This document shows, piece after piece, positions 31,301 through 43,428 of a stretch of DNA of 64,000 bases. Under the pieces are notes generated by a model. The model made no database searches, was not told the origin of the DNA, and saw only the letters and a program-made list of their open reading frames with translations. The translations under genes and the position numbers were made by a program. Each line of letters starts with the position of its first letter. The first letter of the stretch is position 1. Origin of the DNA: Paraspadella gotoi (lineage: Eukaryota > Animalia > Chaetognatha); assembly GCA_051294375.1 (NCBI GenBank), contig CM119264.1, positions 5,239,434-5,303,433 of the forward strand. Reading direction: 5' to 3'.

Positions 31301-34070
31301 GTCCTTTCGAATAACGCCCGGCGTTTTCGGCGTTCAACGCCGCAGCGGGCAGGAACGCCGGCAGGCGTGGTAAGGCGTGGACTGGGGGAGGATTCTTATC
31401 TCCCCTCGTTCTCCGACGCCTCACGACGCAATCCATCATTGAAGAGGTCCCGGGTATTGCTCGTTCGCCGCAAAACTCCATTGAAATATCTGAACTCGGA
31501 ATCTTGGGCGGATCAAGCGGCGGGCGGAAAGCCAATCGGCTTTCCGTTCCAAACGCCACCGCCTCCTCGCATTCGCAGGTTCCGGTTCCGGCGGATGAAT
31601 GCAACGTGTCGTCGAGAATATGGACGCCGACCTTCGTTGAAGAAACGTGACGGCGATTCATGGCAGTGGAATCGTCATGATCAATTCGACCGAGAGAGAT
31701 GGACACTTGAGGAAGGAGGTTGAATCAGACTTGTTGGTAGTAGAGGGCTCAATGACGGGGGGGAGGATGACTGTAGCCGACGAGCGCGAACACTCGGCGC
31801 TGGACGCGATGTTTGTATGAAGGGCGTATGAACGTTGATACAGGTCTCTCTCACTTCCCAAGAACTCGTATTAACCGGCCCTCTGCAATCACTTCTTCTC
31901 TTCAATCTATCCATTCTCGTCCTACTTTGCGTTTCGGCGGCAGCGCAGCACACACGTCGTAGTCCGCCGATTTGCACCACAACTCTCTCAATCTATTCGA
32001 CACTCCATGATAGATTCGAAACTGGACAAAAATCCTGCGCACTTCCATCGACGACTCAATTTTTGTAATAATTCGTAGTTTTATTAGTTACATTCCATGC
32101 CGACGCGAGACGCTTCATCAATAATCGAGCTAACCTTTTGAATCCCTCGTTGGCGACAAGATTGATGTTTGATTGAAACTCTGTTCTCTCGTCGATCCAG
32201 ATGTAATTGGCGACGCCGTCCTGGAGATGCCGCAGCGGGCCGTACTGCGATTGCTGAGCAAGCGCCAAACCCAGGCTGGCAACTCCTGCTAACGATCCAC
32301 ATCTTCGTCGTCGATAGTTGTGCTGCCGATCAATCCGTCAACGCCGAAACGGGCGTCAAACGGGAAACATGGACGGGATCGGTTGCCAGCGGAAGATTCG
32401 AAGTCATCTTCAAAAAGAGTCTGGTGAGAAAGTTAAGGTGGACGACTAATAGGTCGGAGTTTGGTACGCAGCGCGTAGTCCGTCGTCGGATGGTTTGCAG
32501 CTGAAGGACAGGTTTTTCGCTGTTCAGTCCCGACCTTCCTTCTGCGCCTCATCGTTCATCCGTGGCTGCGGCGGATACGGAGCGGTCCTGTCGATCCTAT
32601 GAAACTTATCAAACCCGATAAGAATACACGTGTCCGACATAGAATCTGGCCCGCGAACGAGCTGGCGGCATGCCCCGAGGAATTGTTGCCTGAGACGATC
32701 GAGGAACCCCTTCCCGACAAAAGTTCCAAGCCGTCGTCCATTCCATTGCTAAATCTCATCGTGGAACGAATGATTTCACAAGTTGCCTTAGAAGAGTGAA
32801 TCTATCTCGCGTTGCCTCCGCGATGGTTTACTATCGTCGGGGCGGCCTTGGCGCGATCGTACGAAATCGCTAGCAGCTCCACCACCAGAGACCAGAACGA
32901 CTGACAGATAGACACTGTACAGTCGACGTTGAGAGGTTCTGAAAGGAATGAAACGTTGCAATTCACTGAAGGCGTCTGACTCGTCAGGAAAAAGAGTCAT
33001 GTCCGCCGTGTAAAGAAAGGAGTTGTCGGATAATTCTCTGGATGGACCAAAGTTGGGGAGGTATCAGCACAGGCCGTCCTTGAAGTCGAGTCGATGACTT
33101 ACTCTTTATCAGCCGCACTAGCGCGAGCTGAAATCTCGTCTTACAAACGAGCGGTGCGAAGTCGCACAAAGAGATCGCCAGAAAGGGGAGTTTCCTTGTA
33201 TAAGGTCTTTCGGCACTCGAGGCTTCTCGACGTATTTATCTTGATTGCTGAGGGCGCTTATATCCTTCCGTTCCTATTCGATGTTTTCGCCCGGTCGTGA
33301 TGAAGCATAAAAAGACTGCGTTGAAAGTTCGACAGGAAGAGCTTCGGCAGTGTAAGATTCGGTAGGCAGCCGACTAACGCAAAGACGAAGAAATAAAAAC
33401 AAGTCCGAAACCGGACTTCATATCTCAACTCCAGTTTGCGAGATAGTGAGAGCGGACAGTTATGCACATAACCATACGACGTGTTCCAAAATGAACCGAC
33501 CGAAACGGCGTCGTCGCTAAAGTCGGGATCCTAATCGCAATGAAAGCAGTCCGAAGGCGCCGCCGGAGTCCTTACGTGCCGTCGGGAAGGCGATTGCAAG
33601 GCCTTCGACTGATGGAACACGTCGATCCGTTCGACCCTGAGATCGACGCAGGATGGATCGATTCCTTTCCGGTGGAATCCGCAAAACTCCGCCGAGGATT
33701 AGCAGAGACGTTCGACGAAGCCTTTGAGCAGGTGATCCGCAAACGAAGACTTCTAATGTTTTGAAACTAGAGTTCGGCACGAAGTGGCACGTCTTGAATC
33801 CGTAACTGACTGGAACTAATTTCTCGCACATTGAAGACCACAAAATGAAATCGGTTATAGAAAATGGCGCAGAAGAGACGATGGCGCCGTCCAGAACGCC
33901 CTGGAGATGCTGACGACAAAAGTCTTCAGTAGAACGACGTCGGCTAAGGCCCGAAATGAAACGACTGTCCACTAAAGCCCAGGACTTGAGAAATGTCTGT
34001 AGTAATCTGATGCCTGTTGAAGGATTAAAGAAGGCCCTATGGGGCAAAAGAATTAAAAAACATTTAGTGA
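28314..34070 (+). pseudogene. Unidentified large multi-exon coding region fragmented by indels (uncorrected read errors or pseudogene)
   Basis: ~6 kb with no microsatellites and balanced composition; protein-like fragments hop between + frames (ILMENLRQAEEILQF; KTAYRAWLMQK; FELWTAEDLFKV; LLNLIVERMISQVALEE; LAETFDEAFEQVIRK); AT-rich GT-AG intron candidates at 29764-29918 and 30551-30663. No family recognised; strand is inferred. Confidence 0.4.
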
Positions 34071-35324
34071 CAAAAAGAACTCAGCAAAAATATATATAAA
34101 TCATTTTAAGTGTCCTTTCATTTTACTTGTTTCTGAAGCCCACATAATATACAAAAATAGAGATGCTTCTCGTTCATAGCAAAAGTCCACACAAAAAACC
34201 CAGCGATCACGGACAAAAAATAAAGATTCCGAGATATTCTGATAAAGAGTTTCTAATGCTCTGAAAAGAAACTAAAAACCCAGTGACAACGTTGAGACTG
34301 AAGATAAATTGTCCGGACGTGGCTGAACGAAATTGCGATTAAATCTTAATCGAATAACTAATACGGAAATATCACCCGGGCACAATCATGAAAATCAGCC
34401 TGTACACTGCCTTCGGAATTCTGTACCTTACGTCCACTAAACAAAAGAAAGAGCCTAAAGATGTCGTGTCGATCGCTAGAAGGAAGCAATTTCGATGTCA
34501 GTAATAAAGAACAAAAGAGCAACGGGGAAAAGGTGAGGAGAAGGCTGGATTCCTCGCAATATTAGAGATAGTTATTTCGTACATCTTCTTAAAAAACCAA
34601 CCTTGTTATTACATCACTCTATCACCCTGCCATATTAACCACATCATTTATTCACCCATCTTCTATCACCCTTCATTCTTTCATCCATCATTTCGACAGG
34701 AAATCGAGTTCCAACGACGGCGTTTAGATGTTGATTTCGCCGGATCTCTCCGGGATTTCATTTACCTGTCCGTCGTCGTCGTCGTCGTCGAGTCGAGATC
34801 TCCGCTGCGTCGTCGTCGTCTCATCTGGTGCGGGAAACGTCTTCTTGTCGATGTTTATTGTCACTTCATTAAATTCCTCTCGTCACCGGTCATTTTTGTT
34901 ATTAATAGTTGCCATAAATGACGTCGTCATATAGTCGCCCATCCAATTCGTTCATCATCCATCATCATTATTATCTTCGCGCTTCATCTCAACTGAGTTC
35001 ACGTCATGTATTCATACCTGAAGCCTCGTTGTCATCAGCGAAACGTCATCTTTGTCGTCGCAAATGACATAAATCAAATTTTAAATTACTGTCGTCGTCT
35101 GTTGTCATCATTGTCATGGTTACTATCTATTATCACCATCTCGGTGTCGGTCGTCAATTAATAACAATCACTCAATTATCGTCGTCGCGTCGTCGTCGTC
35201 GTCGTCCGTTGTCTCTCTTCTAATTCCCTCTATCACATCTCGATTCCCTTTTTTTTTTTGCTTCCATAATTAATTTTTTGTTTTCTCATTCCTTGGTCAA
35301 TATATTCTCTCTCTCTCTCTTACT

Positions 35325-35392
<68 letters not shown>

Positions 35393-38300
35393 GTCCTCCT
35401 TCACTCTCTCTCTTAGTTCTCTCAATAGTAAAGAACACCCCAATTCTCAGAGTACAAACGAAGAGACTTTGTAAATTGTCTTTTCGTTGAAAAGAAAGCG
35501 AAAAACCAAGTAAAACATTTTCTTTTTTCCATAAAAGAAACCACGACGACGACGACGATGACAGAGACGACGACCAAGACGACGACGCCGACAAAGCCTT
35601 GACATTAGATGCCATAGAAGATTATCAATCTTTTCCCAAAAGTTTTCATCTTTTAGTTCTTAAAGTCAAATTCTCCTCGCCAGTTTTCAATCGTAGGCTT
35701 CTCCTTTGAATTTTTACATCCGCTAATTTTACCAGAGGTTTTTTTGGAGATTGCCTCACCTGCATGTCCATAGTAGATTTCTTCATATGCTTTTGCTATC
35801 CTGCCTCCCTCTAATAGGTTTCTATGTTAGCCATAACCGCCCCACGCGATTTAAAAGATGTTCCATCTCTAGTCTCTACCAAGCGCATATTGATCAATAA
35901 TCCCTTCACATGCGCTTTCCACTTTCGAGATTACGCCGACCACCCTCGTTCTCACCAACATCCCATCTTTGCTCTCTTTTTTTTATATCTTCAATTCACA
36001 CTTTTCAAACCTTCCTATTCTTCCATTCTCACTCTTATATTTCACATCATCACTTTTACTCCGTCCCCCCTTTTTACTCACCAATCTCAACACCCAATTC
36101 TAATTTCCTTTTATCTTTTTCCTTTTGTTACGCCCACTTTTCACTCTTCCGCCCTCTCATTTAGTTAACCCAGTTTTTTACACTACCCCAACTAAAGTTT
36201 GAGGATGACAGCGACTCGCACCAGCTTGCGAAACACATCCAGTCTCACGTTCCACCCCATTTTTTTACTCTCACTCTCTCACTTCCCACTCCGGCGTCGA
36301 CTTATTTTCTCGAATTATACCCCACCCAGATCTGCGAAAGAAGTCACAATTGCACTCACCGTTCTTTTTTCGGACACTTCGCCGCCGAGACGCGCATACT
36401 GGGCGTGGCTTGATTCAAGGAATTGTCTGGGGCGGCCCACGTGAAAGGGATCGATACTTCGGTTCCCCTGCCGCGATGTCACGATCCATTTGCTCTTCAG
36501 TTCGGTTTTTTTGTCGTCGCGCGACGTGTACCACACTTTTGAATATTTGTCATTCGTGTATCAGTTTACGAGAGGTGCGAACGACGATTCAGCTGCACGT
36601 CAAAGTGACGTGACCCCCTTCCAGCGGATGCGAATGCTCAATCTCATTAGCCAGCGATGCAATGCAAGTAAACGATCCTCGCCCATTGTGCCTTCTCATA
36701 GGCGGCGCAGTAACTGCTCATTAGCTCGAAATGTGAGGCGTAACGACTGCCTTAGGTCACGTACGAAAGTTCGATACCCAACATAAGGTCTCATCCCTTT
36801 GCTCCTCGGCGATATAAATTCTTAACGTCCTTTATCACATGCCGGTCATCCCCTTACCGATCACCTTCAGCAAAAAAGAAAAGACTGCATCATCTGTCTT
36901 TTACCTATGCGAGATAGTCCGCTTTCGACTTGTTACGTTCCTCCGTGCGCACTGCCCCCAATTGTTAATTTCCTTTTTCTTCAACATTCTGCCGCCTGCA
37001 ACTCAAATCATGGGACATAACCGAACACTATTGGTGTTGCACGTATGGCGCGAGCCGATCGGCTGTTCGCTAGCATGTAATCACACCTCATCTATCTGTG
37101 AAACCGCCATAGGCGACCACGATGAGGACCATCTGCACAGGATCATTTGACGGTGAATTTGCGACACGACGGCAGGATTATCGCGACGTTATACACAAGG
37201 GAGAAGGGAGAGAGAAAGACATAAAGACTGCGTTTCTAGTGTGAGGGTGTTTATTCGTCTAGTCAGCGCGCCAGATGCAACACAACTGAGATGTGTCTGC
37301 TGGGAGAAAGAAAAAGGAGTCTCAGGCGAAAGGAGAAAGGAAATAGTAAGAGGCGTGAATTAAATAAAAACAAATAAATATTTACAATTGTATGAGATAA
37401 TAGCAGTAGAAATATCTCTCCTCCTCTTCTCTATCACGGTTCACATCGCGACGGAGGTCGGTCTTCAATCACTCGCCTCGTCATCTCTCCCTCTCTCTCT
37501 CTCACTTCCTCGACCTCGGCTCTTCTTCCTCTCTCTCTCTCTCTAATTCTCCTCTCTCCTGGTATTCTCCTACAACATTATCCCAATCGTCTAACTTCTT
37601 TTCTCTCTTTTGCTTTATTTTTTCTCTTCCTCTTCGTTTCGACTTTTCTCCTCACATTTTTGGACTCTCGCTCCCAGTTTTTCGTTCAATCGCTGCCTTA
37701 GTTTTAGAAGTCCTTTCGAAGGTTGGGTGCAATACGTCTGTCGGGAAATTTTTTTTTTTCTCCTGGGCTATCGTCTTCGCTTGGACAAGTCTGCCTGTCA
37801 CCTCTACTCAATGTTCTTATTCCAGCCATATCTTTAGACATTCCTGTTAGATACAGGCGCTACAATCTGGTATGTTATCTTTGCTAACACGTCTCGCAGC
37901 CAATTCGTAACCGGTCTGGGCTTTCGAACTCCAGGCCTTCGTCATCCATATATCTCTCTTACTTTCGCTTCGTTTCTCTACATCATCAAAGTTCTTTTAT
38001 TGCGATCAGTTCAATATGGTCGTTAGATGTAACCTGCAGAAACCTCGCCCTTATCTTTTATCTTTGATTATGCATTTTCTCGTAAAAGATTTTACCATTC
38101 AGCGGAATTCGGATATTTTTAATTTTGGAATAATTTATTTTCCCTTAATCTAATTTGCGAAAATATTCGACAAGAGGAAAGCGATCCCTGTCTGCGTGAG
38201 CCTAAAGATTTTCCCGTAGCGAATGTTCAAAATGTGGTCCGTTTCATCCAGCAGATTTAGACGGTATGACATTTTCTAATGGTAGTAACTATTTCAAATT

Positions 38301-40816
38301 AGTAATTTGTGAAAAAAAATAAAAAATAAACATTGTCATATAACGTAATATATATAAATTTTTAATCATCACACATTAAATACTAAGGCGTAGTAAACAT
38401 TCTAAATTTTAACTTTAATTAAATTCTAAAGTGAGGAAACGGAACAAACATTTATTAATGAACATTTATGTAATAAAAAATTTATAATAAATTTTACAAT
38501 TTACGCAGTAAGTACCTAAATCAAATAATGTTTAAAATTTCAAAACGTGTTTTTCAAAAAATTTTATTTTTTTGGGCGAGCACAATTTTTATAGGAATTC
38601 GGTCATATAATTTTAAAAAGGTTGATCTAAAAAGGACAGACAATATCAAACTCCTTTTCTTTGAAGAAAAGTATTTCCTTCTAAATATCTCTTCATGAAT
38701 ATATAGATGGGTCCAATAATTACGGACAAGAAATGTTCTTTATTCTTATTTGAATAGTGTCGAAAAGAATGGGAGGATTTTCGTTTTATTCTAAAATGCA
38801 AATCGGTAAACGTCAGTACCCATAATCATCGCAAAAAACTGGTACTCCTCTTCAATGTTAATAAACTAATCGCCTTTCTCCTATCTTGCCCTCACCTGAC
38901 TCTTATGGACAGGACTTTGAGAGGATCGATAGTATATTAAAGACGTCTCTCTTGCTCCCTTCATCTTTGTGGCAGGAGCTTTCACGATCAAAGACTTAAC
39001 ATCACATTTCGACAAGAGTCCTCGTTTTAATGACATTCTCCCGTAGGAGACCCGTGGCTGTGCCCCTATATCTCAACTATGAGTTGGTATAATATTCACA
39101 CATTTTAGAGAGTCACTTCAAACTCGTCTATGAAAGTATGACCAGAGTACACCAAGTAAAGTATTGAGATAAGAGAAATGTAAAATAGAGAAGAGTTTAG
39201 ATGAAATATGTATAGACCCAAACTTAAGTGAGACGGAGAAAGAATATTATGATGATGATTGATTTAATATATTTATTCTTGCTGTCATCAATCACTTTTG
39301 ATGGGATTCAAGATCTTGCAATCAATTAAGAAATATGCTTCATTTTTCTTCTCAAACTTTTTCCCGATTTTAATAGCAGAGACTAGGTACTTTTTCACAT
39401 CACGATCTAAACTTAAATTGGACGGCCTATTCTTGGCGTCGGACACTTAATAAAACACTAAAATTATTTTTTTTATAAATTGAATGTTCACACCGAAGTG
39501 GTATGCTAGAAGTGATATCATCGAGACTCTATGAATTGACTTTTTAGAAGTTGATTCACCGATGGTAACTGGTTTCACTTCACGGTTCATTGCTCCTCGA
39601 GACGTATCCATTCACCCGGCTAGTTCTAACGAAATATTTTTTAAAAGTATTTGGTGAAAAGTAATGATATTATACTTATGAACTGTATTTATACCCGTTG
39701 AAACATAATTGAGAATATTACATACTCTTCTAGGTATTCATCTTCCCTACACTATCAAATCTATTACTGTACTTCAGATAAAATCATCACTCATTCTCTC
39801 ACGTCATATATCTTCTACTATAAACTGCAGTAGACCTCACAAAACGATCGCTCACACGCTTCCTATCTATTGCCGCAGACACGTGGCTCAAGCCACCGCA
39901 CCGCGCGTTATTCACGAATTGTGCGTGATTCGGCTTTTGCGTCTATCTTTGCCGCGAGGTCAGTGAGGCGCTCCCAACATTTTGTCACACAGTCGAGAAA
40001 GTTTCATCGAAAACTTAAAAAGAGAGAGACTACAACTCACAGAAACGTGAAAATGACCGGAAGTGGGTTTCGCCCATTGTCGTCGTCGAAAATAAATGAT
40101 GGCCGTCGTCTTCGTCAACGCCGCGATACCGTCGCGGAGAGAGTGGGACATCGGGGGCGTCTCTGTGTCGCCAAGGTGTCGTTCCGAGTTGCGCGGCTAC
40201 TTTTGTCTGCGTGTCGGCCAAGCTGAGCGTGATGAATATAGGGGCATGGAGAGAGTGTAGTGGAATGGTGGTGAAGGTAGAGGTCGTGTTGTATAAAGTT
40301 CCGCTCCTTGAGGAAGGGCACATTGGTAGAGCGCAGAGTTGTGGAAGGAAAGTGAGTGTGTGACTGTACCGTCGAACCGCGAGGTAAGGAGCGGATGAGT
40401 GAAAAATAGAAGGTGGATTTAAACCAGTGAAACTCTTGTCAGTCCCGACTCCCAAATCTTCTTGTTTGCGTTATAAATGAGTTTTCAAAGGCACACAGCC
40501 TGGCTGTCCACGGGAAAAGAACCAAATAAAAATGACCATCGGGAGTAGATGGAAAGAGGCGAGGGACCGAGCGTGGAATCTAATGTAGGGAAAAAGTTAA
40601 TTATAAAGGAAAGATTTGCACAAACGCGCTTCTACAATCAACTAACTGTGAAACAATGAAGGTGGATAAGTAATAGAAAAGAGCATACTACGTAATCGCA
40701 GCTTGTAAGAAGGTAATGGTAGAAGGACGGAGAGTGCAAATCCAGGGGGATTGAGAAGGCAACCAAGATGGCTACAAAGAATTAAAAAGAGAAAATTAAG
40801 AAGACAAGTAGCAAAT

Positions 40817-41972
40817 AGAAGGCAAAGGAGAAGGCGAATGAGCGAGAAGTATGGCCAATCGCAATGAACAATCGACCCTAACAAGAGATAAGTCATTAGG
40901 GCAAAACACGGAGAAGTTGCTGGGGGCGCCCCAATGGAGAAAGACATGCACAGGTACTCTCCAAAAGTCTCAGAAGCAAAAGAGAAGGCGAATGGAAAGC
41001 CAATGAAGAACCTCAAGACGATTCAAGCACTCACGTGCATGGAGAAGGCAGATTGCGAGAAGCTATATCTGGAAGGCCCACGAGGAGCTAGAAGTCCGAG
41101 GACCATTATTGGCGAGAGAGAGAGAGAGATTCTCGACACGAAGAAGATGGGAGAGAATGATGAATCGGAAGTACTTACAGCAGAGAATATATGAAACGGC
41201 AATAGAAGTAAGAAGCGATGGAGACAGAGCCACAAAACCATAGCGAGGCGAGAAAAAGCAACCGCGAGATTCGAGAAGCTTAATATGCAGCGCCTCTCAC
41301 GAAGAAGTAGAAAAGCAAAAGTCGAGATAGGCGACGGAAACGAAGAAAAATTGATAGACTGTCAATATAGGACTAGGAAAGCATGAAACGAGAACAGGCA
41401 AGTAGAAGGCGCAAAAGACACACGAGTTAGAGTTAGCAAATGGAGAGAGGCGATAGGATGAGAGGCAATTGCGAAGATCAGCAAGATAAAGCGCCAAGGC
41501 TAGTAGAGGCAAGACATGGGAAGATTGACGCAATGCACCACCCCAAAAGTAGATAGGGAATAGAGTATAGCGCAATCGAGAGAGAGCCGAAGAAATCACT
41601 CGTCCAGAATGAAGAAAGGCTAGACATAGAGAGCAGGAGGCTACCTACTGATACACCCAAAAGTAGATCAGGCAATGGAGAAGGCGATTGCGCAGAAGGC
41701 AATTGAAGACCATCTCAAGATGTCTAGTCACAGTGCCAAAGAAAAGGCGATGGTGGACGTGACGGAGGCAGCGACGGANNNNNNNNNNNNNNNNNNNNNN
41801 NNNCGATGAGAGACAATGAAGACCCAAAAGTTAGAAGGCAAAGAGAAGGCGATGGAAAGGCAATGAAGAACCAAGAGTAGAAGGCAATGGAGAAGATCTC
41901 TCTCGTCCTTCTCCTTTGCCTTCTACTCTTGGGTCTTCATTGCCTTTTCCATCGCCTTCTCCTTTGCCTTCT
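40817..41972. repeat. ~48-bp purine-rich minisatellite at the fold-back axis
   Basis: Unit GAAGGCAAAGGAGAAGGCGATGGAAAAGGCAATGAAGACCCAA(A/G)AGTA; clean at 41815-41895 and inverted at 41908-41972, very noisy over 40817-41780. Confidence 0.75.
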
Positions 41973-42835
41973 ATGCTACTTGTCTTCTTAATTTTCTTCT
42001 TTTAATTCTTTGTAGCCATCTTGGTTGCCTTCTCAATCCCCTTTGGCATTGCACTCTCCGTCCTATCTACATTACCTTCTACAATGTCGATACGTAGTAT
42101 GCTCTTTTCTATTACTATCACCTTCATTGTTATCACAATTAGTTCTAACCCGTTTTCCAAATCTTTCCTCTTTTCTCACCAATTAATTCCACAGTCCCTT
42201 CGCCTCTTTCCATCATCCCATTCATTTTTATTTGGTTCTTTTTCCCCCAGTTTCCTTAACTCATTTCCAAACAAAGATTTGGGTCGAAAGATTTCACTGG
42301 TAAATCCACCTTCTATTTTCACTCATCCGCCCTTACCCTCCTTCCGACGGTACAGTCACACACTCACTTCCTTCCACCCTCTCTCCCTGTCCCTCCCCCA
42401 CGCTCACCACCTCCACCTCACCCATCTCCGCCCATCCTATTCTCCGCTCCCGACGCGTCCGACATCGACGACCTTGCCACGCCCCCTTCCCATTTCCGGT
42501 TCCGGCGTCGCGCCAACATTTTCGAACGACAATGGCGAAACCCACTTCCGGTCATTTTCACTTTCTTTTTTTCTCTCTCTTTTAAGTTTTCGAGATTTCT
42601 CCTTGAAAATGGGAGCGGCGGCGAAAAAGCGAATCACCCCATAACCCGGCGGTGAAAATTGGCATAAGAAGCTGTGAGCGATCGTTTTGTGGTTCTGCTT
42701 TATGTGACTTTCGTATGAGTATGATTTTCTATCATATATTTATTTGAATGAATACCTAAATATATATATTGTTAACGTATAAAGTTATAAACTATTTTAA
42801 CAATACTATAAAATATTTTAGATACGTATATATTA

Positions 42836-43428
42836 AGGCGTAGTGAAAGTTACATACGAAAATTCTAAAAGTCAATTATGAACAACATACCATCAGTGAA
42901 CATTAATTTATAAAAAAAATTAATTTTATGTTTTTTAATTTTCGCAGTAGGCTATATTTATATATAGTACTATCCTTATAAAATCGAAAAATTTCAAAAT
43001 AAGCTTTTCTTAATTTTGATTGCAGATTTGAATTCCTCATCAAAAGTTGATAAAAGAAAATATAAATCATTTTTAAAAATTCTTTCATTAAGTGGGTTAA
43101 AAATTGAAAAAACTATATTTAATATATAAAAAATTATTTTTCAACTTAAAATATAGCTTTTTCTAATTTTTGACCCACTTAATGAAGGAATTTTTCAAAA
43201 AGAGTTATATTTCTTTTTATCAACTTTTTATGACGAATCCAAATCTGCCAAAAAAAATTTAGAAAAAACTTTTTTGAAATTTTAACATTTATTGATTTAG
43301 TACTACTGCGTAAATTGTAAAATTTATTATAAATTTTTTTATTACATAAATGTTCATTAATATAATGTTGTTCGTTCCTCACTTTTAGAATTTTAATTAA
43401 AGTTAAATTTAGAAATTTTACTACGCCT
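42836..43428. mobile_element. Non-autonomous palindromic DNA transposon (MITE/fold-back type), 593 bp, TA-flanked
   Basis: TA|AGGCGTAGT...ACTACGCCT|TA termini; long imperfect inverted arms (GCAGATTTGAATTCCTCATCAAAAGTTGATAAAA vs TTTTATCAACTTTTTATGACGAATCCAAATCTGC; TTCATTAAGTGGGT vs ACCCACTTAATGAA); AT-rich, no ORF. Noisy mirror copy begins near 38385. Confidence 0.75.

Noticed and set aside
33761-33806. LKLEFGTKWHVL resembling the dynein light chain WH motif
   Set aside because: Too short, and surrounding LC8 residues are absent.
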